64,000 bases of DNA from an uncultured Candidatus Saccharibacteria bacterium (GCA_964566795.1 CAZMIU010000001.1:79388-143387), one strand, 5' to 3'; counted from the first letter of the stretch, positions 36,009 to 44,900 are shown. Translations and numbers: made by a program. Notes: generated from the letters alone by a model not told the origin.

Positions 36009-36453
36009 ATAAAGAAAGCAGCCCGCCTCACCAAAGGGGAGCGGGCTGCTGGGATCGGCATGAAGCCAATATAATTCTTGACTATCGCCGCGCTAGGAGC
36101 GGCGTGCGTCAGGGGAAACTCGGGTCAGGTCGCTGGATGCAACGACTAAACGCGAATTTCCGCCATTCGTTTTTGATAAAGAGCTCTGCGCGGCTTTTTC
36201 TGCCGCTTTGGGGCCGGGTATGCCCCGCAGGTAGTGTTTGCCTTTCTCGTAGCCTTCAAACCAGTGCTTAATGTCTCGAATCACACGTGCCATGTGTGGG
36301 TCCTTTCTTAAAGTCTTCTGTTGTGGGCCAAGAACGAACGCAATACGACAGTCCTGTTCCTTTGTACCAGACGAGCAAGATTTGTAAAGCTTACCAAACA
36401 GGGGATAACCAAAGGTAAAGGCCGGCCCCGCGTAAGCGAGTCCGGCCTTTGTA

Positions 36454-36657
36454 TCAACGAAGTCCGTAGACTCCAACAAGAAATCCGACAATTCCGGCAG
36501 ATGCAAGCCAGAGGCAAGAAATTTGGATTTTGAACCAAAACTCGCGACGGGCCTGAATCTTTTTCGCTTGTGCCTGGCGGGCAAGATAGTCTTCTACATT
36601 CTTGCGGTTGCCAGGAAAGCGGGGATTGTCGAAAATCGGATGCTCGTGGGTGGTCAT
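36454..36657 (-). CDS. 67-aa C-terminally membrane-anchored protein, hypothetical
   Basis: AGGAG 9 nt before ATG; single C-terminal TM. Confidence 0.4.
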   Translation of the reverse strand: MTTHEHPIFDNPRFPGNRKNVEDYLARQAQAKKIQARREFWFKIQISCLWLASAGIVGFLVGVYGLR

Positions 36658-36866
36658 TGGGGTATCTCCTAACTAGGGTTAAGAGCGCCCCTGCCACACT
36701 CTGTTTGACGTACCTGTTCAAACACCAGTATACACTTGTTTATACTATTTGTCAAGCATACATAAATCCTTATATACCAACGTATTTTGGCGGCTATAGC
36801 GCGTATCGCACACATGTTCTGTAATCTGGGGACAAGTGGTTTTCTACACACATTATTTGGGATGGC

Positions 36867-36901
36867 GTGGGGTACACTGGTATGTAGTGGGATGAAGTGG
36901 G
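36867..36901 (+). promoter_or_regulatory. MraZ operator: GTGGG-like direct repeats at 10-bp periodicity upstream of mraZ
   Basis: GTGGG(36867) cTGGt(36877) GTGGG(36887) GTGGG(36897). Confidence 0.6.
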
Positions 36902-36940
36902 ATAGTCCCACCCCACACAGAAAGCACCCCCCAACAGAAT

Positions 36941-37375
36941 ATGCTGATCGGCGAATACCTCCACACCCTCGACTCGAAAAAGCGGCTGAGCTTGCCGTCA
37001 AAGTTTCGCAAAGAGGTGGGGCGCCGGGTGGTGGTGACACGCGGACTCGATTCCTGTTTGTTTATGTTCCCGGACAAGGCTTGGGGCAAGATTGCCCAAA
37101 AACTGTCCGACTTGCCGGTAGGGCAGGCAGACACCCGCGGCATGGCACGCTTCCTCTTGGCGGGGGCGGTAGAGGCAGAGGTAGACGGGGCAGGGCGCAT
37201 ACTCATCCCCGAGTATCTCAAGGAGTTCGCAGAGCTTCGCTCAAGGGTAGTCTTGGCCGGCGTCTCGGACCGCATCGAGATCTGGAACGAGAAGACCTGG
37301 GAGGAGTACAAGAAGAGGCTCGAGAAGGGGGCAGACCAGATGGCACAGGCGCTGGGCAACATGGGGATTCTTTAA
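36941..37375 (+). CDS. mraZ: division/cell-wall cluster transcriptional regulator MraZ
   Basis: two DXXXR-containing MraZ repeats (LHTLDSKKRLSLP.., LAGVSDRIEIW). Confidence 0.9.
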   Translation: MLIGEYLHTLDSKKRLSLPSKFRKEVGRRVVVTRGLDSCLFMFPDKAWGKIAQKLSDLPVGQADTRGMARFLLAGAVEAEVDGAGRILIPEYLKEFAELRSRVVLAGVSDRIEIWNEKTWEEYKKRLEKGADQMAQALGNMGIL

Positions 37376-37378
37376 CAT

Positions 37379-38323
37379 ATGGCAACTTCTGCAATAACTT
37401 TGGCTCGTGTATCGCATCGCTCCCGTCGAGAGGAGGGCGGAGTGGCACATGAGCCGAAGTTAGATCAGAAGAAGCACTACAGCGTCATGCCTCGCGAGGT
37501 TGTGGCGGCTCTTGCCGTGCAAAAGGGCGAGGTGGTGGTAGACGCAACTTTTGGCCAGGGCGGCCACAGCAAGGCGCTTAAGGCAGAGGCCAAGATCAAG
37601 CTCGTGGCACTTGATGCCGACCCGATGGCTGGCGAGGGTGTTGTCGAGGCCAACTTTGGCGACCTTAAGGAGGTTATGGCAAAGCTTGGAGTTACTGCAA
37701 TAGACAAAATCGTCTTTGACCTGGGCTGGAACAAGGGTCAGCTCATGTCGGGCCGCGGCTTCTCGTTTATGCACGACGAACCTCTGGTGATGAGCTACAG
37801 CGAAAGCCCTCGCTCGGGCTTTACCGCCGCAGAAATCCTCAACACCTTTACCGAAAAGGCCCTGGCGGACATCTTTTTTGGCTACGGCGAGGAGCGCTAC
37901 GCGCGCCGCGTGGCCAAGGCTATAGTCGAGCGCCGCAAGACCAAGCCCTTTGAGACCACGCTCGAGCTTGTAGAGGTGATCAAAGATGCGGTACCCGCAG
38001 CCTACCGCCGCGGCCGCCTCCACCCGGCAACCAAGAGCTTTCAGGCACTGCGCATCGCCGTTAACAACGAGCTTGGCGTTATCGAGCAGGGCCTTAATGC
38101 GGCATGGCAGCTCCTGTCCTGCGGAGGCCGCATCGCAGTTATCACCTTTCATAGTATTGAGGACCGGCTGGTAAAGAGGACCTTTGCCGCCTTTGTAAAG
38201 GGCGGGGGAGGGCGCCTCTTATATAAAAAGCCCCTGATACCAAGCCAGAGAGAAGTTAAGGAAAACCCAGCCTCACGATCAGCTAAGCTCCGCGCAATCG
38301 AAAAACTATGCCAAGAAAAATAA
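37379..38323 (+). CDS. rsmH: 16S rRNA (cytosine1402-N4)-methyltransferase RsmH
   Basis: DATFGQGGHS motif; follows mraZ; true start may be internal ATG. Confidence 0.85.
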   Translation: MATSAITLARVSHRSRREEGGVAHEPKLDQKKHYSVMPREVVAALAVQKGEVVVDATFGQGGHSKALKAEAKIKLVALDADPMAGEGVVEANFGDLKEVMAKLGVTAIDKIVFDLGWNKGQLMSGRGFSFMHDEPLVMSYSESPRSGFTAAEILNTFTEKALADIFFGYGEERYARRVAKAIVERRKTKPFETTLELVEVIKDAVPAAYRRGRLHPATKSFQALRIAVNNELGVIEQGLNAAWQLLSCGGRIAVITFHSIEDRLVKRTFAAFVKGGGGRLLYKKPLIPSQREVKENPASRSAKLRAIEKLCQEK

Positions 38324-38631
38324 CACCACTCGCCCTCTACCACTTGTACGTGCGCCGCGCGGTCGCAAGCCTCGTTGCTTTTATTGTCGTGTGCGCGTTC
38401 ATGTATGGCTTTTTCCTGCTCGAGGCAGTGTCGCACGCGGCTAACCACGCCGAGGCGCGCCGCGAGATAACCTCTATATCGTCTAAAGTCGGCGGCCTGC
38501 AGTCGCAATACTTAAGCGCAACCAAGGCACTTACCCCGGAGCGCGCTAGGGCGCTTGGGTTTGTGGCGCCGGTGCACACTGCCACAGTCTACGCAGACGT
38601 CACTACCGCTGCTCTGTCTACAAACCGATAG
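38308..38631 (+). CDS. ftsL: FtsL-like single-TM division protein (position-based)
   Basis: 107 aa, N-terminal TM, between rsmH and ftsI. Confidence 0.45.
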   Translation: MPRKITPLALYHLYVRRAVASLVAFIVVCAFMYGFFLLEAVSHAANHAEARREITSISSKVGGLQSQYLSATKALTPERARALGFVAPVHTATVYADVTTAALSTNR

Positions 38632-38643
38632 TACACTCTAAAG

Positions 38644-40161
38644 ATGTCGTCCCGATTTGTGCTCAGAGTGCGCCTGCTGACAGCGCTGCTTATTTGCGTG
38701 GGGCTCGTCATCATTGGCAAGCTCTACATACTGCAGGTGGTGCACGGGCAGGAGTATGCGCGCCGCGCCGATGCCCAGATTACTGCAACCCACAACCCGC
38801 TGCTTAACCGGGGCTCAATCTATTTTAGTGACAAAGAGGGCACGCCTATACTCGCGGCAACACTCAGAGAGGTAGACGACACGGAGAATCACCAGCGCTT
38901 CTATCCCGGGGGCTCTTTGGCTGCGCGCACGCTGGGCTTTGTGGCGTACAACAACGACGACGAGCAAAAGGGGCGCTACGGGCTTGAGCGCTACTACGAC
39001 GGCGTTTTGGGCCGCTCGGGGGATAACCTGTACCGCAACTTCTTTGTCGAGCTGTTTGGCGCAGCCGAGGGAGTGCTCTCGGGCCGGGCGCAAAAGGGTG
39101 ATGTTATAACCTCGATCGAGCCCTCGGTACAAGGAGAGCTGGAGCGTACGTTAGACGAGTATGAAGACACGTGGGCGCCCAGGCTCTCGGGCGGCATCGT
39201 AATGGACCCGCACACGGGCGCTATTGTCGCCATGGCGCTAAGCCCCACTTTTGACCTCAATGAGTTTAACCACGAGGAGGACGCAACTATCTATGCCAAC
39301 CCCATGGCGCAAAATGTGTATGAGATGGGCTCAATCATGAAGCCCTTGACCATGGCAGCGGGGCTGGACTCCGGCGCGGTAAAGGTGGACACCACCTACG
39401 ACGACAAGGGCTGCGTGACCATAGACACCAGAAAGATCTGCAACTTTGACGGCGAGGCGCGCGGCGTTGTGCCCATGCAGGAGGTGTTAAGCCAGTCGCT
39501 CAACCTCGGCGCCGCATATGTGGCGGAAAAGATGGGCCCGGACACCATGCGCGAGTACTTTTTGGAGCACTACAAACTTAACGAGGAGACAGGCATAGAC
39601 CTGCCGGGCGAGGTGCGCGGGCTCACCAAAAATCTTGAGGGCAGGCAGGCTGTTGAGTTTGCCACAGCGTCCTTTGGTCAGGGCTTGGCAGTAACTCCCA
39701 TTGAGATGACACGCGCCCTGGCTGTTTTGGCCAACGGCGGCAAGCTGGTAACCCCGCATCTGGCAACTGCCATCAAGGAGGAGAGCGGCATCACGCGAGA
39801 GTTGGGCTGGGGAGAGCCCACGCAGGTCTTGAGCCCCCAGACGGTTACTGCGGTCACGCGGATGCTTACGGCGGTGGTGGACGGACCTCTGGCTAACGGC
39901 AGCCTTAAGATGGATCACTGGAGTATAGCCGCTAAAACCGGCACCGCGCAGATTGCCGATCCAAACGGCGGCGGCTACTACAAGGACCGCTACCTGCACA
40001 GCTTCTTTGGCTACTTCCCGGCGTATGACCCTAAGTTTTTGGTGTTCCTGTTTGCGACAGAGCCGCAAGGAGCCCCCTTTGCATCCCAAACCTGGGCCCC
40101 ACCGTTCAAATCCCTCACGCAATTCTTGATTAATTACTACAACATCCCCCCTGACCGATAA
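38644..40161 (+). CDS. ftsI: penicillin-binding protein (FtsI/PBP3-type transpeptidase)
   Basis: GSIMKP (SxxK), KTGTAQ; dcw-cluster position. Confidence 0.8.
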   Translation: MSSRFVLRVRLLTALLICVGLVIIGKLYILQVVHGQEYARRADAQITATHNPLLNRGSIYFSDKEGTPILAATLREVDDTENHQRFYPGGSLAARTLGFVAYNNDDEQKGRYGLERYYDGVLGRSGDNLYRNFFVELFGAAEGVLSGRAQKGDVITSIEPSVQGELERTLDEYEDTWAPRLSGGIVMDPHTGAIVAMALSPTFDLNEFNHEEDATIYANPMAQNVYEMGSIMKPLTMAAGLDSGAVKVDTTYDDKGCVTIDTRKICNFDGEARGVVPMQEVLSQSLNLGAAYVAEKMGPDTMREYFLEHYKLNEETGIDLPGEVRGLTKNLEGRQAVEFATASFGQGLAVTPIEMTRALAVLANGGKLVTPHLATAIKEESGITRELGWGEPTQVLSPQTVTAVTRMLTAVVDGPLANGSLKMDHWSIAAKTGTAQIADPNGGGYYKDRYLHSFFGYFPAYDPKFLVFLFATEPQGAPFASQTWAPPFKSLTQFLINYYNIPPDR

Positions 40162-40310
40162 GAGGATAAGTATGAGAGTAGGTGAACAGTCAAAAAACAC
40201 TACACCACAAAAATCACAACATATTGGGGCTAAGCCCCAATATTTTCTAAAAAGTGTGGTCTGATATTAGCGCTTGATGTGTATCAGTGAGTGGTAGGAT
40301 ATAAGGAACG

Positions 40311-41615
40311 ATGAAGCAGCTGCTCAAGACACTTATTGTTTCTATTTTGCAGTGGGAGGCAAAAATGGTGCTGCGCAAGTATAAGCCGCATGTGGTGGCT
40401 ATCACCGGTAGTGTGGGCAAGACCTCGACCAAAGACGCGGTGTACGCTGTGCTGCAAAAAAAGTTCCATGTCCGCAAATCCGAGAAGAGCTTTAACTCAG
40501 AGATTGGGGTGCCTTTAACGATACTGGGCCTTGGCAACGCGTGGGGTAACCCCCTGCACTGGATACAAAATATTATTGACGGGCTTTTGCTAGTACTTAC
40601 CACCAAGGCCTACCCGGAGTGGCTGGTCTTGGAGGTTGGGGCCGACAGGCCGGGCGACATCAGCTCGCTTGCCTCGTGGCTCAAGGTAGACGTTGCAATT
40701 ATTACGCGCCTGCCGGAGGTGCCGGTGCATGTGGAGTTTTTTGACTCGGTAGAGGCGGTGATAGAGGAGAAGGCCTCTTTGATGGATGCTGTAAAGCCCG
40801 GGGGCGCGATACTCTTGTATGCCGATGATGAGCGTACCCGTAAGCTAGAGCAGCGTCTGCCCGCACCGGACGCACAGATTGTGCTGTTTGGCTTTGAATC
40901 GCAGACCGATGTATGGGCGAGTCGGTTTGAGGTGGTAAGAGAGCACGGCAGCCACAGTTGGCCGCTGGGTATGCGCGCGACGATAACTATCGGCGGGGAG
41001 TCAGCACCTGTTGAGATTGTGGGCTCTCTGGGCACGCATGCGTTTTTGCCTGCAGTGGCTGCCGCTGCAGCGGGACATGTGCTTGGCCTCTCCTTGCAAG
41101 AGATTGTGGCGGGGCTCGAGAGCTTTGACCCGCCCGCCGGGCGCGTGCGCTTGCTGCCGGGCATTAAGGGCAGCCTTGTGATAGATGACACCTACAACGC
41201 CTCGCCTGCGGCCACCGAGGCGGCATTAAACGCACTTGCGCTCACCAGGGGCAGGCGCTCAATTGCCGCCCTGGCCGACATGATGGAGCTGGGCCGGCTT
41301 AGCGTGGAGGAGCACCGTAAGGTGGGGGCAAAGGCCGCCAAGGTCTGCGACCTATTGATTGTGGTGGGCGTGAGAGCGCGCGATATTGCGATGGGGGCGC
41401 TCGACAACGGTATGCCTGACCAAAACATTTTGCAGTTTGAGGATGCGGGTAAGGCCGCCCTCGAGATCCAAAATTTGATACAGGAGGGCGACGCAGTGCT
41501 GGTTAAAGGCAGCCAGAGCATGAGGATGGAAAAAATTGTCGAGGAGATTATGCAGGAGCCCGAGCGCGCAGGGGAGCTACTTGTGCGGCAGGATAGGGAG
41601 TGGAAGAAACGCTAA
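40311..41615 (+). CDS. murF: Mur ligase family protein, MurF-like, lacking N-terminal domain
   Basis: VVAITGSVGKTSTKD, NSEIGVPLTILGL resemble MurF central domain. Confidence 0.7.
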   Translation: MKQLLKTLIVSILQWEAKMVLRKYKPHVVAITGSVGKTSTKDAVYAVLQKKFHVRKSEKSFNSEIGVPLTILGLGNAWGNPLHWIQNIIDGLLLVLTTKAYPEWLVLEVGADRPGDISSLASWLKVDVAIITRLPEVPVHVEFFDSVEAVIEEKASLMDAVKPGGAILLYADDERTRKLEQRLPAPDAQIVLFGFESQTDVWASRFEVVREHGSHSWPLGMRATITIGGESAPVEIVGSLGTHAFLPAVAAAAAGHVLGLSLQEIVAGLESFDPPAGRVRLLPGIKGSLVIDDTYNASPAATEAALNALALTRGRRSIAALADMMELGRLSVEEHRKVGAKAAKVCDLLIVVGVRARDIAMGALDNGMPDQNILQFEDAGKAALEIQNLIQEGDAVLVKGSQSMRMEKIVEEIMQEPERAGELLVRQDREWKKR

Positions 41616-41659
41616 CTGCTTAGCATTCTTCCGGTCGCTGTCTGGAGCGTGGAGTGATG

Positions 41660-41692
41660 AGCGAAGCGCCCCTTGCGGGGCGCTTCTTTTTT
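41660..41692 (+). terminator. rho-independent terminator after murF
   Basis: GAAGCGCCCC-ttgc-GGGGCGCTTC + TTTTTT. Confidence 0.7.
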
Positions 41693-41715
41693 GTAGTCAC
41701 AAGTCGACTTGGGTC

Positions 41716-41957
41716 GTCAGCCTGGCCACAAGTCAAAAAGTTGTCGTCGCTACGGGGATTCGGTCAGCCTGGCCGACAGATAATTCAATCGCCGTCGCGA
41801 TTGAATTTCCGCCGGCCCCGCGTCAGCCTGGCCACGAGTCAAAATCGCTCGTCAGCGATTTTGCTTGCCGGCCCCGGCGCACGGTTTTGCCAGTGCAAAA
41901 CAACGTTTGCACCCGTCACAAGCGCACAAAACTCCGCAGCAGTGCGGAGTTTTGGCC
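41716..41957. repeat. array of 5-6 hairpins; three units begin with conserved GTCAGCCTGGCC
   Basis: motif at 41716, 41763, 41823; stems AATTCAATCGC/GCGATTGAATT, CAAAATCGCT/AGCGATTTTG, GTTTTGC/GCAAAAC, CAAAACTCCGCA/TGCGGAGTTTTG. Confidence 0.6.
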
Positions 41958-41960
41958 TTG

Positions 41961-42032
41961 TGACCCTACGGGGATTCGAACCCCGATTTGATCCGTGAGA
42001 GGGATCTGTCCTAACCATTAGACGATAGGGCC
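41961..42032 (-). tRNA. tRNA-Glu(CUC)
   Basis: GGCCCTA acceptor, D-arm GTCT/GGAC, anticodon loop CTCTCAC, T-arm CGGGGTTCGAATCCCCG. Confidence 0.75.
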
Positions 42033-42152
42033 CTTGTTACACAGGGCCATATGCCCGTCGCGGCGCTCGGAACAAGAGCAAGCTCTTGTTCCTCACTTTG
42101 CTAGGTCATAGGGCCTCTATGTCGCACCCAAATAATGTACGACAATTTGCGC

Positions 42153-42188
42153 CAAAAGAAAAGGGCAGGGGTCGTATGACCTCTGCCC
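42153..42188 (-). terminator. rho-independent terminator (minus)
   Basis: GGGCAGAGG..CCCCTGCCC + TTTTCTTTTGG on minus strand. Confidence 0.55.
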
Positions 42189-42206
42189 AAATCTATGCCC
42201 GTGCCC

Positions 42207-42665
42207 TTAGTGGTGCGTGCAGGCTTGTACAAAATCCCGGAGGATACTGCCGATGAGCTCCTGCATGTCATCGACATAGTGCGGCAAACCGTATTCTTGG
42301 GTGTCCCTGCAGGTGACTCTGACGCCGTTAATGTGCTTGGCCGTGCTCGCGACAATAATCTGGTCGTACCGCCTGTAGCAGGAGTGGTTGCGATAGGTGG
42401 TCGCGACAACCAGAGAGCGTCTGCTCCGGGTGCCGCTTATCCAGCGGTTGAGGCACAGCTGCGGATAGGGTAGCTGCTTTTGCAAGGCCAGCAGGATCTC
42501 GTCGGGCAGAAGTTGCCTCGCGATCTGCACGAGACGCTGGTTTAGGACGTCTGTCCCGTCAATGCACTTGTTGGTGCGGTTGGCCTCATAGAAGAGGTCG
42601 CGAACCGTGGTGCGACGCAAGGCGGATGTAGTGACGCCTGGCTGAATCGACTCGATCAGTGACAT
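42207..42665 (-). CDS. hypothetical protein (152 aa)
   Basis: ORF between two near-identical terminators; start at internal ATG 42665. Confidence 0.4.
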   Translation of the reverse strand: MSLIESIQPGVTTSALRRTTVRDLFYEANRTNKCIDGTDVLNQRLVQIARQLLPDEILLALQKQLPYPQLCLNRWISGTRSRRSLVVATTYRNHSCYRRYDQIIVASTAKHINGVRVTCRDTQEYGLPHYVDDMQELIGSILRDFVQACTHH

Positions 42666-42712
42666 GGAACCCCCTTGTGTGTGCGAGACTGGTCTAACTG
42701 TAGCACCGCACA

Positions 42713-42749
42713 CCCAAAAGAAAAGGGCAGGACTGTGAAGTCCTGCCCT
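42713..42749 (-). terminator. rho-independent terminator (minus)
   Basis: GGGCAGGACT-tcac-AGTCCTGCCC + TTTTCTTTTGGG on minus strand. Confidence 0.55.
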
Positions 42750-43090
42750 CATGGCTCGTACGCCTCGATGGGCGCAAACGGCCTAAACTTGCCGTTAGTG
42801 CTGTTCATGGAGCTCCTCGCCCCAAGACGCCGCTTGAAGATGCGACCGAGGACCATCTTGTACGCGGTGTACTCGATGTCGTGGAGGTAGTTGTACCTCC
42901 CCAAGACCGCCTCAAGCAGCTCCTCGTAGTCTGTGATGACTCCGGTCGAGACTGCGTTGTCGTACTCGTCGACCATGGCCGTAATCTGCTCGAGTGAGAA
43001 GTGAATCTCGATCTCGTGCTTGGCCTTGATCTCATCGCGGACAGCGAGTGTGTCTGCGGCAACCTGATCGCACGGGTATGTCGACATCAA
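42749..43090 (-). CDS. hypothetical acidic protein (113 aa)
   Basis: 4-nt ATGA overlap with upstream small gene. Confidence 0.4.
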   Translation of the reverse strand: MMSTYPCDQVAADTLAVRDEIKAKHEIEIHFSLEQITAMVDEYDNAVSTGVITDYEELLEAVLGRYNYLHDIEYTAYKMVLGRIFKRRLGARSSMNSTNGKFRPFAPIEAYEP

Positions 43091-43290
43091 GCGGCCTCGT
43101 CGGCTTCCTTGGTGCCCTCGACCCGTCTGATTTCGTAGTGCCGGCGCTTCTTACGGCGCTGGTCAATGATCTCGTCGACGCGCGCGAGCACGTCTTGGAG
43201 CGTCTCTTCGCGCCTCTCTATCGGCAAAGCGCTTACAAATGGCTCTCTCGCCATGGTCATCTCCTGGGTGGTGGTGATGGGGCGAGGCAT
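43087..43290 (-). CDS. hypothetical small protein (67 aa, basic stretch RRKKRRH)
   Basis: translationally coupled to next gene. Confidence 0.35.
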   Translation of the reverse strand: MPRPITTTQEMTMAREPFVSALPIERREETLQDVLARVDEIIDQRRKKRRHYEIRRVEGTKEADEAA

Positions 43291-43372
43291 ACGCTAAACC
43301 TTTAAGCCTCTGGCGAGATTATACTCCAAAGACACGTGAAAGTCAAGTGAGGAAAAACGAAAGTGTGCATAG

Positions 43373-43410
43373 AAAAAGGCCGCGGGGTTTAATCCGCGGC
43401 CTTTCGCACA
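43373..43410 (-). terminator. rho-independent terminator for RTX-repeat gene
   Basis: GGCCGCGG-attaaacc-CCGCGGCC + TTTTTCT on minus strand. Confidence 0.55.
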
Positions 43411-43436
43411 GTTGAGGTATAGAACAGTAGAGGAGC

Positions 43437-44327
43437 TTACCCCTTGCCGCCGAAGTCGTCGATCATGAAGCTGACCGATGACCCGCCAACGAAGGTGATG
43501 TCGATCTGGAGGTCGGTGTTGATGTAGCGCATATCCTCGCCATTAACCCCGGTCTGCGTGAGGCTGTAGTTGCCCCCGTAGATCAGCACAGTGTCGCCAA
43601 GGTCGCCGTTCTTAAGGATAATCTCGCCGACCGCGCCGTCCGACCAAGAGTCGAGCCGCACCCGGTCGTTGCCGTCCAGGTAGTTGCCGAACTGGATCGT
43701 ATCACCAACCGACGCGTAGAACACGTCGTCGCCCTGGCCGCCGCGCATGATGTCGGCACCTTGACCGCCGTACAGCGTGTCCTTGCCCGCATCGCCCCAG
43801 AGCTTGTCGTCGCCACGACCACCTTGCAGGTAGTCGTCGCCGGTGCCGCCATGGAGCTCGTCGTCGCCAGCGTAGGCGACGATTGTGTCGTCGCCCGAGC
43901 CACCAAAGACGATGTTGTCGCCGCCGGCGTCCTCGCGGGCGTAGGAGTACCAGTAGGTCTCGACGACACCGTCTTGGTTGACGATCTCGTACGAGGCCCA
44001 CACCAGCTCAACGCCAACCCGGATGTAGTCGTTGCCGGACCCGCCGTTGACGAAGTTGTCGCCGGTGCCCGCCTCCAGTATGTCGTCGCCCGAGCCGAGG
44101 CTCAGGTAGTTATCGCCGTCGCCGACGTAGATCTGGTCGTGGCCAGAACCGCCATAGATGCGGTTACTGCCTTGATTGCCGAAGATGATGTCGTCTCCGG
44201 CAAAGCCAAAGATGGTGTCATCCCCGGCAAAGCCGTAGAGCGCGTCTTTCTGCGACGTGCCGTACAGGGTCAGCGCAGTTGCAGCGGGCTTCATCGGTAA
44301 GGATGTACCGGTGCTTGTAGGTGTCAT
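43437..44327 (-). CDS. RTX-type (hemolysin-type) calcium-binding repeat protein
   Basis: at least seven GGxGxDx nonapeptide repeats (GGSGNDYI, GGSGDDTI, GGTGDDYL, GGRGDDKL, GDAGKDTL, GGQGADIM, GGQGDDVF); no N-terminal signal peptide. Confidence 0.7.
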   Translation of the reverse strand: MTPTSTGTSLPMKPAATALTLYGTSQKDALYGFAGDDTIFGFAGDDIIFGNQGSNRIYGGSGHDQIYVGDGDNYLSLGSGDDILEAGTGDNFVNGGSGNDYIRVGVELVWASYEIVNQDGVVETYWYSYAREDAGGDNIVFGGSGDDTIVAYAGDDELHGGTGDDYLQGGRGDDKLWGDAGKDTLYGGQGADIMRGGQGDDVFYASVGDTIQFGNYLDGNDRVRLDSWSDGAVGEIILKNGDLGDTVLIYGGNYSLTQTGVNGEDMRYINTDLQIDITFVGGSSVSFMIDDFGGKG

Positions 44328-44447
44328 GGTGTAGCCCCTTTATGTGAGGCGCCCTTGGGCGCGAAACAACTGGCCCCAGTGGCCAGTTCTATCCGCTACC
44401 ATATACTATATATAGACACTTGTCAAGTAGTGTGGTATCGCCTAAAA

Positions 44448-44900
44448 CTAGGCAAACATCCCATCTACTACTTCTTTGACGATAGTGCCGTCGGCCTTGC
44501 CCTTGAGGTCCTTCATAAGGGCGCCCATCACCTTATTGGCACCGGTCTTGTCTGTCACACCCATCTCGGCCGCCTTGGCGGTTACAGCGGCAACAATCTC
44601 CTCACGGCTCATCTGAGCGGGGAGCATAGTCTCTAAAATAGCGAGCTCGGCCTTCTCTCCCTCCGCAAGCTCGGGGCGGCCGCCGTTGGTAAACTGCTCT
44701 ATAGAGTCCTTGCGCTGCTTGGCACCGCGCATGACCACGGTCAGCACCTCGTCCTCGCTCAATTGTCCGTCCGGGCCATAGCCCTTGGAAACCGCCTCGT
44801 TGGTGCACGCAGAAATGAGCCCGCGCACCACGCCGAGCTTAACCGAGTCTTTGGCGCGCATGGCGTCCTTCATCATCTCTTTCAAATCAGCTTGAGTCAT
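44448..44900 (-). CDS. yqeY: GatB/YqeY-domain protein
   Basis: YqeY family sequence. Confidence 0.8.
   Translation of the reverse strand: MTQADLKEMMKDAMRAKDSVKLGVVRGLISACTNEAVSKGYGPDGQLSEDEVLTVVMRGAKQRKDSIEQFTNGGRPELAEGEKAELAILETMLPAQMSREEIVAAVTAKAAEMGVTDKTGANKVMGALMKDLKGKADGTIVKEVVDGMFA

Noticed and set aside
36093-36584. 163-aa minus-strand ORF between lysS and mraZ
   Set aside because: Its 5' half overlaps the better-supported 67-aa gene (36454-36657, AGGAG RBS) in another frame. Only the distal 66 codons from ATG 36294 could be real, and they lack support.
41716-41957. Possible CRISPR array
   Set aside because: Only a 12-nt motif is shared, the units are not identical, and spacing is irregular (47 and 60 nt). 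No cas genes are present. Hairpin or REP-like elements explain it better.
43583-44017. 144-aa Arg/Thr-rich minus-strand ORF and overlapping 99-aa and 179-aa ORFs inside the RTX gene
   Set aside because: These are alternate frames of the GGxGxDx repeat DNA. They are repetitive, low-complexity and lack start context.
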